NCBI GenBank assembly: GCA_042577865.1 | Contig: JBHPDN010000001.1 | Coordinates: forward strand, 9,192-73,191 | Length of the DNA: 64,000 nucleotides | Reading direction: 5' to 3' | DNA from: Nanobdellota archaeon | Lineage (GTDB): Archaea > Nanobdellota > Nanobdellia > Woesearchaeales > JAGLXL01 | Shown: positions 27,443 to 37,484 of the stretch, piece after piece | How positions within the stretch are numbered: the first letter of the stretch is position 1 | Layout of the letters: every line of letters starts with the position of its first letter | Position numbers and translations under genes: made by a program | Notes under the pieces: generated by a model | What the model was told of the DNA's origin: nothing | Seen by the model: only the letters and a program-made list of their open reading frames with translations | Databases searched by the model: none

Positions 27443-29883
27443 AAATATTCTCCTAACTTACTTTGATCTTTGCTTTCAGAAAGAGCTTCTTTAGTATAAC
27501 CCAAAACATTAAAGATTCTTTCAACTGCTGGCACTACTTGGTTATTAATATAATAATCATCATCATATTCTCCTTCAGAAATTTCTTCAGGCAGTTTGGC
27601 TCTTTCACGGATAATACCTTTGCCAGGAGTTACCACCCATTGAATCAACGAACCAGGACCCACATCCTGACCCATACCCATCATTCTTTTGGCTACTGCC
27701 ACATGAGGGCCGATTGAATCATAACTGGCCACGTCTCTCTGCAGTTGAGTATTAATGATTACTTTACTGTTAGGCACTCTATGTGCCCGCAAGTCATTGA
27801 CCACAGAGCGGACAAATTTAAAGGCCTTTTCCACATCTTTTTCACGTAAAATAATATTCAAAACTTTCTCCTGAGTTTCCTTAGCCACCAAACTCCAGTT
27901 ACGACGAACAGCCTCAAAACCGGCAATTTTCAAATTGCCTTTTTCAGACAGTAAAGCATATTTTTTCTTAGCACCAAAAGCATTTGCTTTAGCTGAAACA
28001 AATAATCCGCGCGGATAAAATCCTTCATATTCCAGTTCCATCAAGCCCGGCAAATCTGCATTAATTAAATCAACAAAATTCATAGCTTCTTCTTTTTTCT
28101 TATCACCTAAAGTCAAAAAAACACTGTCTGTATCTGAATACAAAACTTCAAAACCAGCTTCCTGTGCCTTGGCAATAGCAGAGGTGATGTAATTCCTGGC
28201 ATAAGCTGTGATTGACTTGGCGCATTCCAAACAATACCATCTTGCAGCAAAAAATCCGTAATAACCGTAAAAAGCATTGGCCAGTAATTTCAGGGCATTG
28301 GAGCGTGCTTTCAGCAAAACACTTTCTTTTTCTTTCATGATTTCTTTGATTCTCATTCTTCTGGTAATCAAATTCTCCAGGATTGTCGGCAAAAAACCTT
28401 TTCTCTTGGTACAAAACCAATAATTCTCGCCAGGAACCTTGGCATTTTCACAGCAGGAGCATCCTAAAGTGCTGCCTGAAATATTATGTGAACTGATAAT
28501 AGTTGGATACAATGATCTAAAATCAAAGATAATTAAATCAGAATACAGTCCTGGTTTGGGTTCAAAAACAAAACCTCCTTTGTAAGTGTGCATCTGCCTG
28601 GCTTTGATATCGTTATAACCAGGCCTGTTTGGTGCCAGTGCATCAAAGTGTTTTAATTGACTGAAGATATATCCTTCAACTAATCTTGAAAAGCTCATTC
28701 TACAGACCATGAACAAAGGCAGCCTTACAATTTTGACCATCTCTTCAAGATTAGGCAAAATCTTCTCACACAATTTAAAAGTCAGATAAGAGTCACGCAG
28801 ATTATATTCACAGTATTTTTCCAAAGCATCTAAATTATTGTCCCAGTCATCAGCCAGATTGTCCAACTCCACTTCATATTTTCTTTCACCTAACAGTTCC
28901 TGTCCTACTGCATCCAAGGTAAAGACATCAGTCTGCAAAGTTGTGGCCATGGTTCGCCTGATAAACTTAAAAATATCCAGATGAACAATACCATGAATTT
29001 GAGTTTTTTTCTCTCCCCTTTTGCTCATGGAAATTTTGTTATAGTCAAGACCCAAATCCAAATTGATTTTGTATTTCTTGGCCCTAGTCTCAAGATAAGG
29101 AAAATCAAAGCCGTCAGAATAATAACCAGTCAGGATATCTGGTTTGTACTGTTCCACCAGCTCCTTAAACCTATTGATCAAAGCAGCTTCTCCGTCAACA
29201 AACTCAATATAATCTAAATCTGTCTTGAATCTTTTCCAGGTGATCACCTTCTTAAAGCCATTCCCATACAAAGCCAGCATAATAATTGGATGTTCTTCTG
29301 GCAGAACTCTCCTTCCCAATGGATTGTAAGTTTCTATATCAAAAGCCAGTATTCTGTAATTTTCATACGAATCTTCAGAAAAATGTTCTATTTTTTCAGC
29401 TAAAAAAACAGGTACTTTGCTTTTTTCTTGGATAAATTCTCCTTCAGCCACTGCTGTTGTCAAAGGCACCAGTTCCACATCCATTAAATAACGTTTGATA
29501 AAGGGAATATCATATTCAAAACATTTGCCCACACCAGGATGAGCTTCAATTTCTTTTTTAATCAAAGGCACATGTTCAGGCAAAGCCGTTATCACTTTAA
29601 TCAAGCTCAAAGTTTCATTAAAGAATTTTCTTTCCACCATCTCTGTTTGAACCACTGAAGCCTGTGTTTCTTTATAGTCAACTTTCAGAGCTTCTAATTC
29701 CCTGCGCAGACCAGTTACATTGGTCCCTTCACTTGGTTGTATCAAAAAATAAGGGGAAAATGAAGCATCAACTACACAAATTCTTTTGCCGTCAGTTGTT
29801 CTTCCATAGATATAGACCCAAGGTTTTCCTTCCTTTGATTTGTAGGTAAAATCAAGAGGATGGAACTGAATTGACTCCCCCAT
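27439..29883 (-). CDS. polB: Family B DNA polymerase with 3'-5' exonuclease
   Basis: FDIET, FDFPYL, YNLRD, DFRSLYPTII, KLLANAFYGY, YSDTDS; start reassigned to MGESIQF. Confidence 0.96.
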   Translation of the reverse strand: MGESIQFHPLDFTYKSKEGKPWVYIYGRTTDGKRICVVDASFSPYFLIQPSEGTNVTGLRRELEALKVDYKETQASVVQTEMVERKFFNETLSLIKVITALPEHVPLIKKEIEAHPGVGKCFEYDIPFIKRYLMDVELVPLTTAVAEGEFIQEKSKVPVFLAEKIEHFSEDSYENYRILAFDIETYNPLGRRVLPEEHPIIMLALYGNGFKKVITWKRFKTDLDYIEFVDGEAALINRFKELVEQYKPDILTGYYSDGFDFPYLETRAKKYKINLDLGLDYNKISMSKRGEKKTQIHGIVHLDIFKFIRRTMATTLQTDVFTLDAVGQELLGERKYEVELDNLADDWDNNLDALEKYCEYNLRDSYLTFKLCEKILPNLEEMVKIVRLPLFMVCRMSFSRLVEGYIFSQLKHFDALAPNRPGYNDIKARQMHTYKGGFVFEPKPGLYSDLIIFDFRSLYPTIISSHNISGSTLGCSCCENAKVPGENYWFCTKRKGFLPTILENLITRRMRIKEIMKEKESVLLKARSNALKLLANAFYGYYGFFAARWYCLECAKSITAYARNYITSAIAKAQEAGFEVLYSDTDSVFLTLGDKKKEEAMNFVDLINADLPGLMELEYEGFYPRGLFVSAKANAFGAKKKYALLSEKGNLKIAGFEAVRRNWSLVAKETQEKVLNIILREKDVEKAFKFVRSVVNDLRAHRVPNSKVIINTQLQRDVASYDSIGPHVAVAKRMMGMGQDVGPGSLIQWVVTPGKGIIRERAKLPEEISEGEYDDDYYINNQVVPAVERIFNVLGYTKEALSESKDQSKLGEYF

Positions 29884-29972
29884 TTTGCTACTCGGGGGTG
29901 TTGAGATATTTAAAGTTTTGCCCAAAAGATTTTTAAAGAGTCAGAATATTTCTTTTGTTGAGGTGAGCAAAT

Positions 29973-30548
29973 ATGAAAATAAAATACATGCTGCTAATAC
30001 TAACTCTTATTGTTATTGTGGGTTGTTCCGGAGAAGTCACGGTTGTCAATCAAAACGGAAATACTGATGACACAACTTCAGTGGATGACACCACCAGTAC
30101 AGATGCTGATAATATTGTAGTTGTCAATGGTGATTCTGTCGACACTGATACAGATGATGACACCACAGACAATACAGATGATGATACAACCCCAGTAGAC
30201 AGTACTAATACTTCTGATACAGATAACACCACCATCACAGATCCAACACCTGCACCAATTATCCCAGACCATATCATTGAAATTGAAGAGTGGGAGATTA
30301 ATCCGGATGATTTAACTATTGATGTTGGAGAGAGTGTCACCTGGATCAACAAAAAACCTACAGGCAAAAGAAATTCTGGTGCTTTCCTTTTTGAAATCAG
30401 GGGAGAATGCGGTGATATGCCTTCAGCAGTCCATATGGTGGAATTACTGCCAGGGGAAGAAGTCACTTACACTTTTGATGAAGTTGGCACCTGCACCTAT
30501 AAAGACAATCTCCAAGGAGAGTATGCTGCTAAGGTTAGAATAGAATAA
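29973..30548 (+). CDS. Lipoprotein with Thr/Asp-rich linker and cupredoxin-like C-terminal domain
   Basis: GAGGTGA SD; lipobox IVG-C; PDDLTIDVGESVTWIN, LLPGEEVTYTFDEVG; no Cys-His-Met copper ligand loop. Confidence 0.8.
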   Translation: MKIKYMLLILTLIVIVGCSGEVTVVNQNGNTDDTTSVDDTTSTDADNIVVVNGDSVDTDTDDDTTDNTDDDTTPVDSTNTSDTDNTTITDPTPAPIIPDHIIEIEEWEINPDDLTIDVGESVTWINKKPTGKRNSGAFLFEIRGECGDMPSAVHMVELLPGEEVTYTFDEVGTCTYKDNLQGEYAAKVRIE

Positions 30549-30589
30549 AACCCCAACTTTTTTAAACTCTTTTCTTTTTTCTCTTTAAA

Positions 30590-31528
30590 ATGTATGATGT
30601 TATTATCATCGGAGCCGGACCAGCTGGTTTGACTGCTGCTCTTTATACTGGCAGGAAAAACCTCAAAACCCTAGTTATTTCAGTAGATATTGGCGGCCAG
30701 TGTAATTTGACTAGCCAGATAGAAAACTATCCAGGTGTTAAGTCCATGCCTGGTTTTGAACTGACTCAGGAAATGGAAAAACAGGCTAAGAGTTCTGGTG
30801 TTGAATTTGTTTACGGCAAAGTTGAAAAGGTAGAGAAAAAAGATGGTTTTGTTGTTAAAATTAAAGACAAGGAATTCAAAGGTAAAACAGTGATTCTGGC
30901 TGTTGGCCGCGTTCCTAGACCTTTAGATATTCCTGGGGAAGCAGAATATCTTGGCAAAGGTGTCCATACTTGTACGACCTGTGACGCTCCATTATACAGC
31001 AAAAAAACAGTAGCTATGGTTGGTGGCGGCAATTCGGCTGTTGACGGTGCTTTAGAGCTTTCTAAAATAGGCGCCGAAAAGGTTTACTTAATCCACAGGA
31101 GAAAAGATTTCAGGGCAGATGATTCCACAGTTGAAAAAGCTGAACAGGACAAAAAGATAGAGATTGTCACTCCATATTCGCCAGTGGAAATCAAAGGTGA
31201 AAAATTTGTTCAGGCCATGATTCTCAAAAACAATGAGACTGATGAAACAAAAGAATTAAAAGTTGATGGTGCTTTTATAGAAATAGGCTCAATAGTAGAT
31301 GTCAGCGCAGTTAAAGATTTAGTTGAAATAAATAAATTTAATGAGATTGTTATCAATGAAAACTGCCACACCTCACATGAAGGTGTTTTTGCTGCCGGAG
31401 ACGCGACCACCATAAAATACAAACAAGTGGTCATTGCTGCTGGTGAAGGAGCCAAAGCTGCCCTTGAGGCATATAATTATTTAACAGGAGGAAAAGGCCT
31501 GGGTCTTCTGGACTGGGCCAAGAAATAA
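30590..31528 (+). CDS. trxB: Thioredoxin reductase
   Basis: GAGPAG, IENYPG, CTTCD, GGGNSA, FAAGD. Confidence 0.95.
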   Translation: MYDVIIIGAGPAGLTAALYTGRKNLKTLVISVDIGGQCNLTSQIENYPGVKSMPGFELTQEMEKQAKSSGVEFVYGKVEKVEKKDGFVVKIKDKEFKGKTVILAVGRVPRPLDIPGEAEYLGKGVHTCTTCDAPLYSKKTVAMVGGGNSAVDGALELSKIGAEKVYLIHRRKDFRADDSTVEKAEQDKKIEIVTPYSPVEIKGEKFVQAMILKNNETDETKELKVDGAFIEIGSIVDVSAVKDLVEINKFNEIVINENCHTSHEGVFAAGDATTIKYKQVVIAAGEGAKAALEAYNYLTGGKGLGLLDWAKK

Positions 31529-31532
31529 AAAA

Positions 31533-32039
31533 ATGAAATCACAATATAAAGACCAAAGAATTGGAGTTTTTGTTGATATACAGAATTTGTATTATTCTGC
31601 CAAGCATTTGTATAAGAAAAAAGTTAATTTTGGCGCTGTTTTGAAAGAAGCTGTTAAGAATAGGATTTTAGTCAGGGCCATTGCTTATGTTATTAAGGCA
31701 GAAGCTATGAAAGAAAAGACTTTTTTTGACGCTCTGGAATTAATGGGCTATGAAGTTAAAAGCAAAGATTTGCAGATATTTTACGGTGGATCTAAGAAAG
31801 GCGACTGGGACATAGGTATTGCTATGGATGCCATTGAAATGGCTCCTAAATTAGATGTTGTGGTTATTGTCAGCGGTGACGGTGACTATAAAGAACTAAT
31901 CCAGCATCTGCAAAGAGCTCAGGGCTGCAGGGTAGAAGCAGTTGCTTTTGGTCAATCAGCTTCCAGCAAGCTTAGGGATGTTGCTGACCAATTTGTTGAC
32001 TTGGACAGGAACTCTAAAAGATTCTTAATGATGAAATAA
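31533..32039 (+). CDS. NYN-domain (LabA/DUF88) protein
   Basis: VFVDIQNLY, KGDWDIGIAMD, SGDGDY. Confidence 0.93.
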   Translation: MKSQYKDQRIGVFVDIQNLYYSAKHLYKKKVNFGAVLKEAVKNRILVRAIAYVIKAEAMKEKTFFDALELMGYEVKSKDLQIFYGGSKKGDWDIGIAMDAIEMAPKLDVVVIVSGDGDYKELIQHLQRAQGCRVEAVAFGQSASSKLRDVADQFVDLDRNSKRFLMMK

Positions 32040-32797
32040 TGATCAAAAAAGTTTTTTTTGAAAACAGCCAAGGCCAAAAATTAGCCGGAGTTCTTATTGT
32101 TCCTGACAAAGAAGGTAAGTTTCCAGCTATTCTTAGATTACATGGTTTCCGAAGCGGCAAAGATTCTCGATCAGGTGTTGTTTTTGACGAAAAATTCAAA
32201 GAAGATTACATCTACTTAAGATTTGATTTCTTTGCTCACGGCGAAAGTGAGGGTGAATTTGAAAACCTAACACCTTCAGAAGAAATAGATGACGCCAAAG
32301 CAGCTATTGATTTTGTAACTAAATTAGAACAGTGCAATGGAGATGTCGGCTTGATTGGCTCTTCTTTAGGTGGCATGGTTGCCATCTACGCTGCTGCTAA
32401 TGATCCAAGAGTTAAAGCTGCTATGTTTGGCGCTCCTGTTTCGGATTTCAAAACATGTTTTTCTAAATTAGAAGACATAGAAGCCTGGAAAGAGCAGGGC
32501 TGGAAATACACTTACAATTTCGAAGGCCAGAAATTCAAAATCAAATTTGATTTTTTTGAAGACGGCTGCCAATATGATCTTTACCAAGAAGCGGACAAAA
32601 TTGAAGTGCCGGTTCTAGTTCTCCAAGGTGATTTAGATGAATCTATTCCTATGGAACACACCCAAGAGTTGATGAAACATCTCAAGAATGGAAAATTAGA
32701 AATTCTTAAAGGAGCAAAACATCATTGGGCTTCCCAGCCAGAACATTTCAAAACATTTGTAGACAAAACAGTGGAATTCTTCAAAGAAAATCTTTAG
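32039..32797 (+). CDS. Alpha/beta-fold hydrolase
   Basis: HGF, RFDFFAHGESEG, GSSLGG nucleophile elbow, QGDLD, GAKH. Confidence 0.92.
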   Translation: MIKKVFFENSQGQKLAGVLIVPDKEGKFPAILRLHGFRSGKDSRSGVVFDEKFKEDYIYLRFDFFAHGESEGEFENLTPSEEIDDAKAAIDFVTKLEQCNGDVGLIGSSLGGMVAIYAAANDPRVKAAMFGAPVSDFKTCFSKLEDIEAWKEQGWKYTYNFEGQKFKIKFDFFEDGCQYDLYQEADKIEVPVLVLQGDLDESIPMEHTQELMKHLKNGKLEILKGAKHHWASQPEHFKTFVDKTVEFFKENL

Positions 32798-33888
32798 ATA
32801 AAACCTAAACTCAAATCTCCTTCTTGGGAACCGGCGCGCTCATCAATAAATTTCTTAACTGATTTATAACTGTCAATAACTTTAACTTCTAAATTTCTGT
32901 TAAAATCCAAAACCCCTGTAGCTGTTTTTTGGACTGTTCTTTGAATTCCCTTACAAAGAATTTTAGCTTTGGGACCAACTACTTCAATCCATTCAAATCT
33001 TTTCCTCCTAATTTCTTCCTGAACAGAACCTTGAAATTGGACTGGAATAGATATGTGTCTACCTAATTTCTTAGAAGTTCCCTCTACCGTATTGTCATAA
33101 GGCAGGGCATCGCTGTTAGCTACAACCACTTGATGTAAAGGATGGAAAACATCACCTTCAGATAAGATATACTCTTCTAATCTTTGAGCTGCTTCTCTAA
33201 AATACTTGGTATGAAACGCAGCAGAAACCAGACCTTCCATAGAAACAACCTTTTTGACCAAACCTTGTTCTTCAAGATATTCTTTAAAATTCCTAATGTC
33301 TTCTATTGGTCCGCCAACTGTACGGTTTCCCGGACTATTGAAGATAGCAGGACTGATATCCAAACCAAATTCCTGGGCAACTTGAGACAAATAATTATCA
33401 AAACTAATCAGTTGATCTTTATAATCAATTTCTTCTGGACCAATCACCGCTGCCATTGTGGTTCCTTCACCAGCTTCACTCATTAGTTGTCCTCTTCTCT
33501 TGGCAATCCTGAAGGCACTGGTCAAAGGTATCTTACCAGCAGCCACTAAAGCATATAATTCTCCAAAAGAAAACCCTATTCTGACATCACCTGGATTATT
33601 TTTACCAAAACCCAGATATTCATTGCCTTCTATTCTGATTACATCACCAGTTGAATAACCTAAAGCTGCAGTATTGGCTAAAATCAAAGGCTGTTGAACA
33701 GCAGTATCTTGCTGTTGTTCTGGTTTAGCATTATCAGATAATTCTCTTAAAGGCATACCTGTTTCATCTTCCCCAATAGAATAAATCTTAGTTACTCCTT
33801 TTTTAATTTCAGGGTGGTCCCCAAGAACTTTCTTATGCATCCCAACATATTGTGTCCCCTGACCCACATAAATCTTTAATTTACTCAA
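32794..33888 (-). CDS. FabD-like acyltransferase (malonyl-CoA:ACP transacylase fold)
   Basis: AGGTGA SD plus TTG start; GQGTQYVGM, QQPLI, GFSFGEL, RRGQLM, MAAV, NSP, SAAFHT, PVQFQGSV. Confidence 0.85.
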   Translation of the reverse strand: MSKLKIYVGQGTQYVGMHKKVLGDHPEIKKGVTKIYSIGEDETGMPLRELSDNAKPEQQQDTAVQQPLILANTAALGYSTGDVIRIEGNEYLGFGKNNPGDVRIGFSFGELYALVAAGKIPLTSAFRIAKRRGQLMSEAGEGTTMAAVIGPEEIDYKDQLISFDNYLSQVAQEFGLDISPAIFNSPGNRTVGGPIEDIRNFKEYLEEQGLVKKVVSMEGLVSAAFHTKYFREAAQRLEEYILSEGDVFHPLHQVVVANSDALPYDNTVEGTSKKLGRHISIPVQFQGSVQEEIRRKRFEWIEVVGPKAKILCKGIQRTVQKTATGVLDFNRNLEVKVIDSYKSVKKFIDERAGSQEGDLSLGFI

Positions 33889-34029
33889 GCTATCACCTTC
33901 TTTTCCCTCTAGAATCTTCTTTTCATTTAAAAATGTTACTTTTCATCATCACACAGTTCTCAACAACATTTATAAAGAAGTTCGATTTCATTTTTATTGA
34001 ATTTTTGAGTAAACAAAGGAGGCGATTAC

Positions 34030-34266
34030 ATGAAGATTAAGGTTTATTCCACACCAGTTTGTCCTGAATGCAAGGTTGTTAAAAGTTTTCTCGAAGCGCT
34101 TAATGTTGACTTTGAAGAAGTCAATGCTGCCGGCAACCAGGAAATTATTGAATATATAGAGAAAAAGACCGGCCAAAGGCGCGTTCCTGTTATTGAAGCT
34201 GACGATCAGATTATCATTGGTTTTGACCAGGCAGCTATCAAAAAAGTTCTTAATTTGAGTAAATAA
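34030..34266 (+). CDS. Glutaredoxin-like protein
   Basis: GGAGG SD; YSTPVCPEC, TGQRRVPVI, IIGFD. Confidence 0.92.
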   Translation: MKIKVYSTPVCPECKVVKSFLEALNVDFEEVNAAGNQEIIEYIEKKTGQRRVPVIEADDQIIIGFDQAAIKKVLNLSK

Positions 34267-34294
34267 TTTAAACTCTTCTTTCTTTCTTCTTTTT

Positions 34295-34876
34295 ATGAAA
34301 AGAGGTGTTTTGATTGCCATCATTATTTTTGCTGTTTTAGCTACTGATTTCTTGAGCTTATTGGCTTTTCAATCAACAGCTTTCCAGGACAAACTCTATC
34401 AAACAGAAGAGCAAATCAACACCATTGAATTTCTTAAAGACAATGAACCATTAGAAGTCAATTATTCTGAAAATGAGATTTCTCATTTAGAAGACGTCAA
34501 AAGTCTCATGACGAAAATGAATTATTATTTTATTGGTGTCACTGTTCTCATCATCTTGTCTTTGCTTTACATCTACAAACAGGATAAAAAACAAATCTAC
34601 AAAGCTTTCCTTTATGGAGGTATTGTTTCATTTGCTGTTCTCATGGCCATCTTGCTTTGGATTATCATTGACTTCACTTCCATCTTTGATATTTTCCACA
34701 AACTTCTTTTCCAGGACGGCACCTACACTTTTGGTCCGGATGAAATTCTGCCAAAAATTTTCCCGGTTTCATTTTTCTTCAATATCTCAAAAGAAATTTT
34801 TACCAAGACAGTCATCTCCAGTGCTATTTTCATTGCCCTTGGTTTTGCTTTAAAGAAAAAGAGGAAAAAGAAATGA
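34295..34876 (+). CDS. DUF1461 / Lit-like membrane protein
   Basis: 4 TMs; EISHLEDVK and FDIFHKLLF...LPKIFP motifs. Confidence 0.8.
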   Translation: MKRGVLIAIIIFAVLATDFLSLLAFQSTAFQDKLYQTEEQINTIEFLKDNEPLEVNYSENEISHLEDVKSLMTKMNYYFIGVTVLIILSLLYIYKQDKKQIYKAFLYGGIVSFAVLMAILLWIIIDFTSIFDIFHKLLFQDGTYTFGPDEILPKIFPVSFFFNISKEIFTKTVISSAIFIALGFALKKKRKKK

Positions 34877-35520
34877 CTCCAGTAATAATCATCAACTTCA
34901 AAGCTTACAAAGAATCTATTGGTAAAAAAGGATGGAAACTGGCCAAAATTTGTGAACAAGCAGCCAGGAAATACAACTCTAAAATTATCATCTGCCCTCA
35001 GGAAATTGATCTTTCTCTATTCGCTCAAAAAATAAAAATTCCTGTTTACGCTCAGCATCTGGATCCAATAGAACCCGGCAAAAAGACCGGCTTTATTACT
35101 CCGGCCGAAGCCAAGGCAGAAGGTGTCAAAGGAACTCTTATCAACCATTCAGAACACCCTTTAAAATTAAAAGATATCAAAACCCTTGTCAAGCTCTGCA
35201 AAAAATACAAACTCATTTCAGTTGTCTGTGTTCCCGACCTAAAAACTCTCAAAAAAATTAGAACCTTAAAACCAGATTACATTGCTTACGAACCTCCATC
35301 TTTAATCGGAGGAAAAGTCTCAGTCACTAATGCTAAGCCAGACATCATCAAAAAAGCTGTTAAATCCACCAAAACAAAAGTTCTAGTCGGTGCCGGTGTC
35401 AAATCACATCAGGACCTCAAAACAGCCCTTAAATTAGGCACTCATGGAGTTCTGGTTGCTTCTGATATTGTCAAAGCTAAAAACCCAAAAAAAGAATTAA
35501 AAGAATTGATTAACGGATAG
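34873..35520 (+). CDS. tpiA: Triosephosphate isomerase (archaeal type)
   Basis: INFKAY, AQH, NHSE, AYEPPSLIG, GAGVK, GVLVAS. Confidence 0.96.
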   Translation: MTPVIIINFKAYKESIGKKGWKLAKICEQAARKYNSKIIICPQEIDLSLFAQKIKIPVYAQHLDPIEPGKKTGFITPAEAKAEGVKGTLINHSEHPLKLKDIKTLVKLCKKYKLISVVCVPDLKTLKKIRTLKPDYIAYEPPSLIGGKVSVTNAKPDIIKKAVKSTKTKVLVGAGVKSHQDLKTALKLGTHGVLVASDIVKAKNPKKELKELING

Positions 35521-36040
35521 TAATATACAACTTCTTAACTACATCATACTGACTGCCGTCTTTTGAAACATAAACATTAAAGACATATGTTCCGGCCGGA
35601 GCATTCTTCGGTACTTCAGCTAAAATCGCATCCTTTCTCTGTTCATTTTCATCAATTAAAAAAGTCTCTTTGTCATATCTAAACCAATCATCTGCATCTA
35701 TTTCATAATCTTGTATTGGCGTGACCCCGTCTTTTTGCACTGCTGTGCTGTTGGTAACCTTCATACTAAAAGTACCGCTGTTTCCAATGTTCAAAATACC
35801 AATGCCAAAAATGTGACTGTCTCCCCTACTAATTGTTTGCCTATTAAACGGCAGAACGATCTGCTTCCCACCTTCTAATAATTCTGTCAGCTGCCGGTCA
35901 GTCTGTTCATCCAAATCTTTTTTGATATCTCCAGCACCACCGATAAAGGTATTTAACAAAACAATTCCCAGAATTAAAAGAACCACCGCTAGCACGATGA
36001 CGACTATGAAACTTATTGACAATTCAAATCCTTTTTTCAT
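35510..36040 (-). CDS. Pilin-like protein with class III signal peptide
   Basis: MKKG/FELSISFIVVIVLAVVLLILG followed by a beta-rich domain. Confidence 0.8.
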   Translation of the reverse strand: MKKGFELSISFIVVIVLAVVLLILGIVLLNTFIGGAGDIKKDLDEQTDRQLTELLEGGKQIVLPFNRQTISRGDSHIFGIGILNIGNSGTFSMKVTNSTAVQKDGVTPIQDYEIDADDWFRYDKETFLIDENEQRKDAILAEVPKNAPAGTYVFNVYVSKDGSQYDVVKKLYITIR

Positions 36041-36063
36041 GGTATAAAGAAAATAAAAAGAAA

Positions 36064-36297
36064 TTATTTAAGTATTTCATACTCCTTGACAATCACGACT
36101 ACAAAGACAATCAGAAGTATGGCTCCAGCAATCATATACCAAATTCCTGAAGTGATGGTTTCAGTCAGAGATTTATACATCCCCCAGCCCATGACAATAA
36201 ATCCCAACCAAAGGAATTTATCCAAGACCAATTTAAGGATTTCAAACTCCTGGTCTGAAGTCATTCTTTTTTTCATTTTTCTGGTCATCTTGATCAC
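36064..36297 (-). CDS. Small membrane protein (2 TM)
   Basis: QEFEILKLVLDKFLWLG; lies between two pilin-like genes. Confidence 0.75.
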   Translation of the reverse strand: MIKMTRKMKKRMTSDQEFEILKLVLDKFLWLGFIVMGWGMYKSLTETITSGIWYMIAGAILLIVFVVVIVKEYEILK

Positions 36298-36839
36298 CCG
36301 ACTGTTACAAAGCTAAGTTTTGTTGCGTAGATACTGGTTGTATTTCCAGTACATCCATCACCAGGATATTCTATAACATTAGCTCTTAAAGCATATGTTC
36401 CTGGCGCCGGTACTGCTTCAGCTCGAATACCAAAAACTTGTGCATCTGCTGGCGACATCTGCAGACAACCTTTGTCCCATCGCAATTCAAAATCATCAGG
36501 GTCTGTATCGGTAAGATTAAAATCACTGTTTTCCAGATCCCAACTCATATCGATTTTGAAATTCAGTTGCGACCCGCCAGTGTTTTGTACACCTAAAGTC
36601 AAGACTTTGCTTTCTCTCCTGTTCATTTTGATATCTCTTGGAAAGTCAACTTGTTCACCAGAAGTTCTTAATTGAGCAGTAATCTGTTCTTTAACCTGCT
36701 GCTGAACATCTGTCCCAATACTGGTTATTTGACTGAATTGGCTCCTGACAAAAGCCAAACCTAGACCAAGAAGAGTCATCGCAATAACAATAATTACAAT
36801 CACTTGGATAGAAAGATTAAGCGAACCTCTTTTTGACAT
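36294..36839 (-). CDS. Pilin-like protein with class III signal peptide
   Basis: GAGGTG SD; MSKRG/SLNLSIQVIVIIVIAMTLLGLG; architecture parallels 35510..36040 (APAGTY vs PAPGTY). Confidence 0.8.
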   Translation of the reverse strand: MSKRGSLNLSIQVIVIIVIAMTLLGLGLAFVRSQFSQITSIGTDVQQQVKEQITAQLRTSGEQVDFPRDIKMNRRESKVLTLGVQNTGGSQLNFKIDMSWDLENSDFNLTDTDPDDFELRWDKGCLQMSPADAQVFGIRAEAVPAPGTYALRANVIEYPGDGCTGNTTSIYATKLSFVTVG

Positions 36840-36965
36840 TTTTTACACCTCTTCTTTTAAATATGATTAAGTCTAATTAATTGTTTGTTATTTTTAAATG
36901 TTTCTATGGGTTTAAGCCGGATTTAACAAAAAACTTTATAAATGGCCTGTTAATTCTTAAGGGCT

Positions 36966-37484
36966 ATGGCAAGATTAAGAAAGTTTAGCGCTTATCAAAA
37001 GGTAGAACGTCCTTATACCAGAGCCAGCAAGTTCAAGAAAAAGAACTTTGTTAGAGCCGTACCTAATAGGAATGTTGTCAGGTATGACATGGGTAATCCC
37101 AAAGGCACATTTGACACTACCCTCAGATTGATTGCCAACAAAGACATCCAGATCAGGCACAATGCTTTGGAAAGTGCCAGAATGACTTCTAACCGTTATT
37201 TAGAAGCTAACTTAGGCAAGCCTGCTTATCATCTTAAAATCAAAGTTTTTCCGTTTCATATTCTTAGAGAAAACCCATTGGCTGCCGGAGCTGGGGCAGA
37301 CCGTATGTCAACTGGTATGAAAAAATCATTTGGCAAGCCTATTGGCACTGCTGCTCAAACCTCAGTTGACCAGACCATCTTTGAAGTCAGAGTCAACAAG
37401 AAAAATATTAAAGCCGGCAAACTTGCTTTGAAAAGAGCATCATATAAATTGCCTTGTTCTTGTAGAATTATAGAAGCTGCTTAA
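36966..37484 (+). CDS. rpl10e: 50S ribosomal protein L10e (uL16)
   Basis: QIRHNALESAR, FPFHILREN, GAGADR..GMKKSFGKPIG. Confidence 0.96.
   Translation: MARLRKFSAYQKVERPYTRASKFKKKNFVRAVPNRNVVRYDMGNPKGTFDTTLRLIANKDIQIRHNALESARMTSNRYLEANLGKPAYHLKIKVFPFHILRENPLAAGAGADRMSTGMKKSFGKPIGTAAQTSVDQTIFEVRVNKKNIKAGKLALKRASYKLPCSCRIIEAA

Noticed and set aside
27439..29883. Inactive or intein-containing PolB
   Set aside because: Exonuclease and polymerase catalytic motifs are present and the length is normal.
30060..30240. GATGACAC-like DNA repeats
   Set aside because: Low-complexity Asp/Thr linker coding sequence, not an independent repeat element.
30260..30548. Blue copper protein (halocyanin/plastocyanin)
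   Set aside because: The C-terminal Cys-x-x-His-x-Met ligand loop is absent (TCTYKDNLQ); fold resemblance only.
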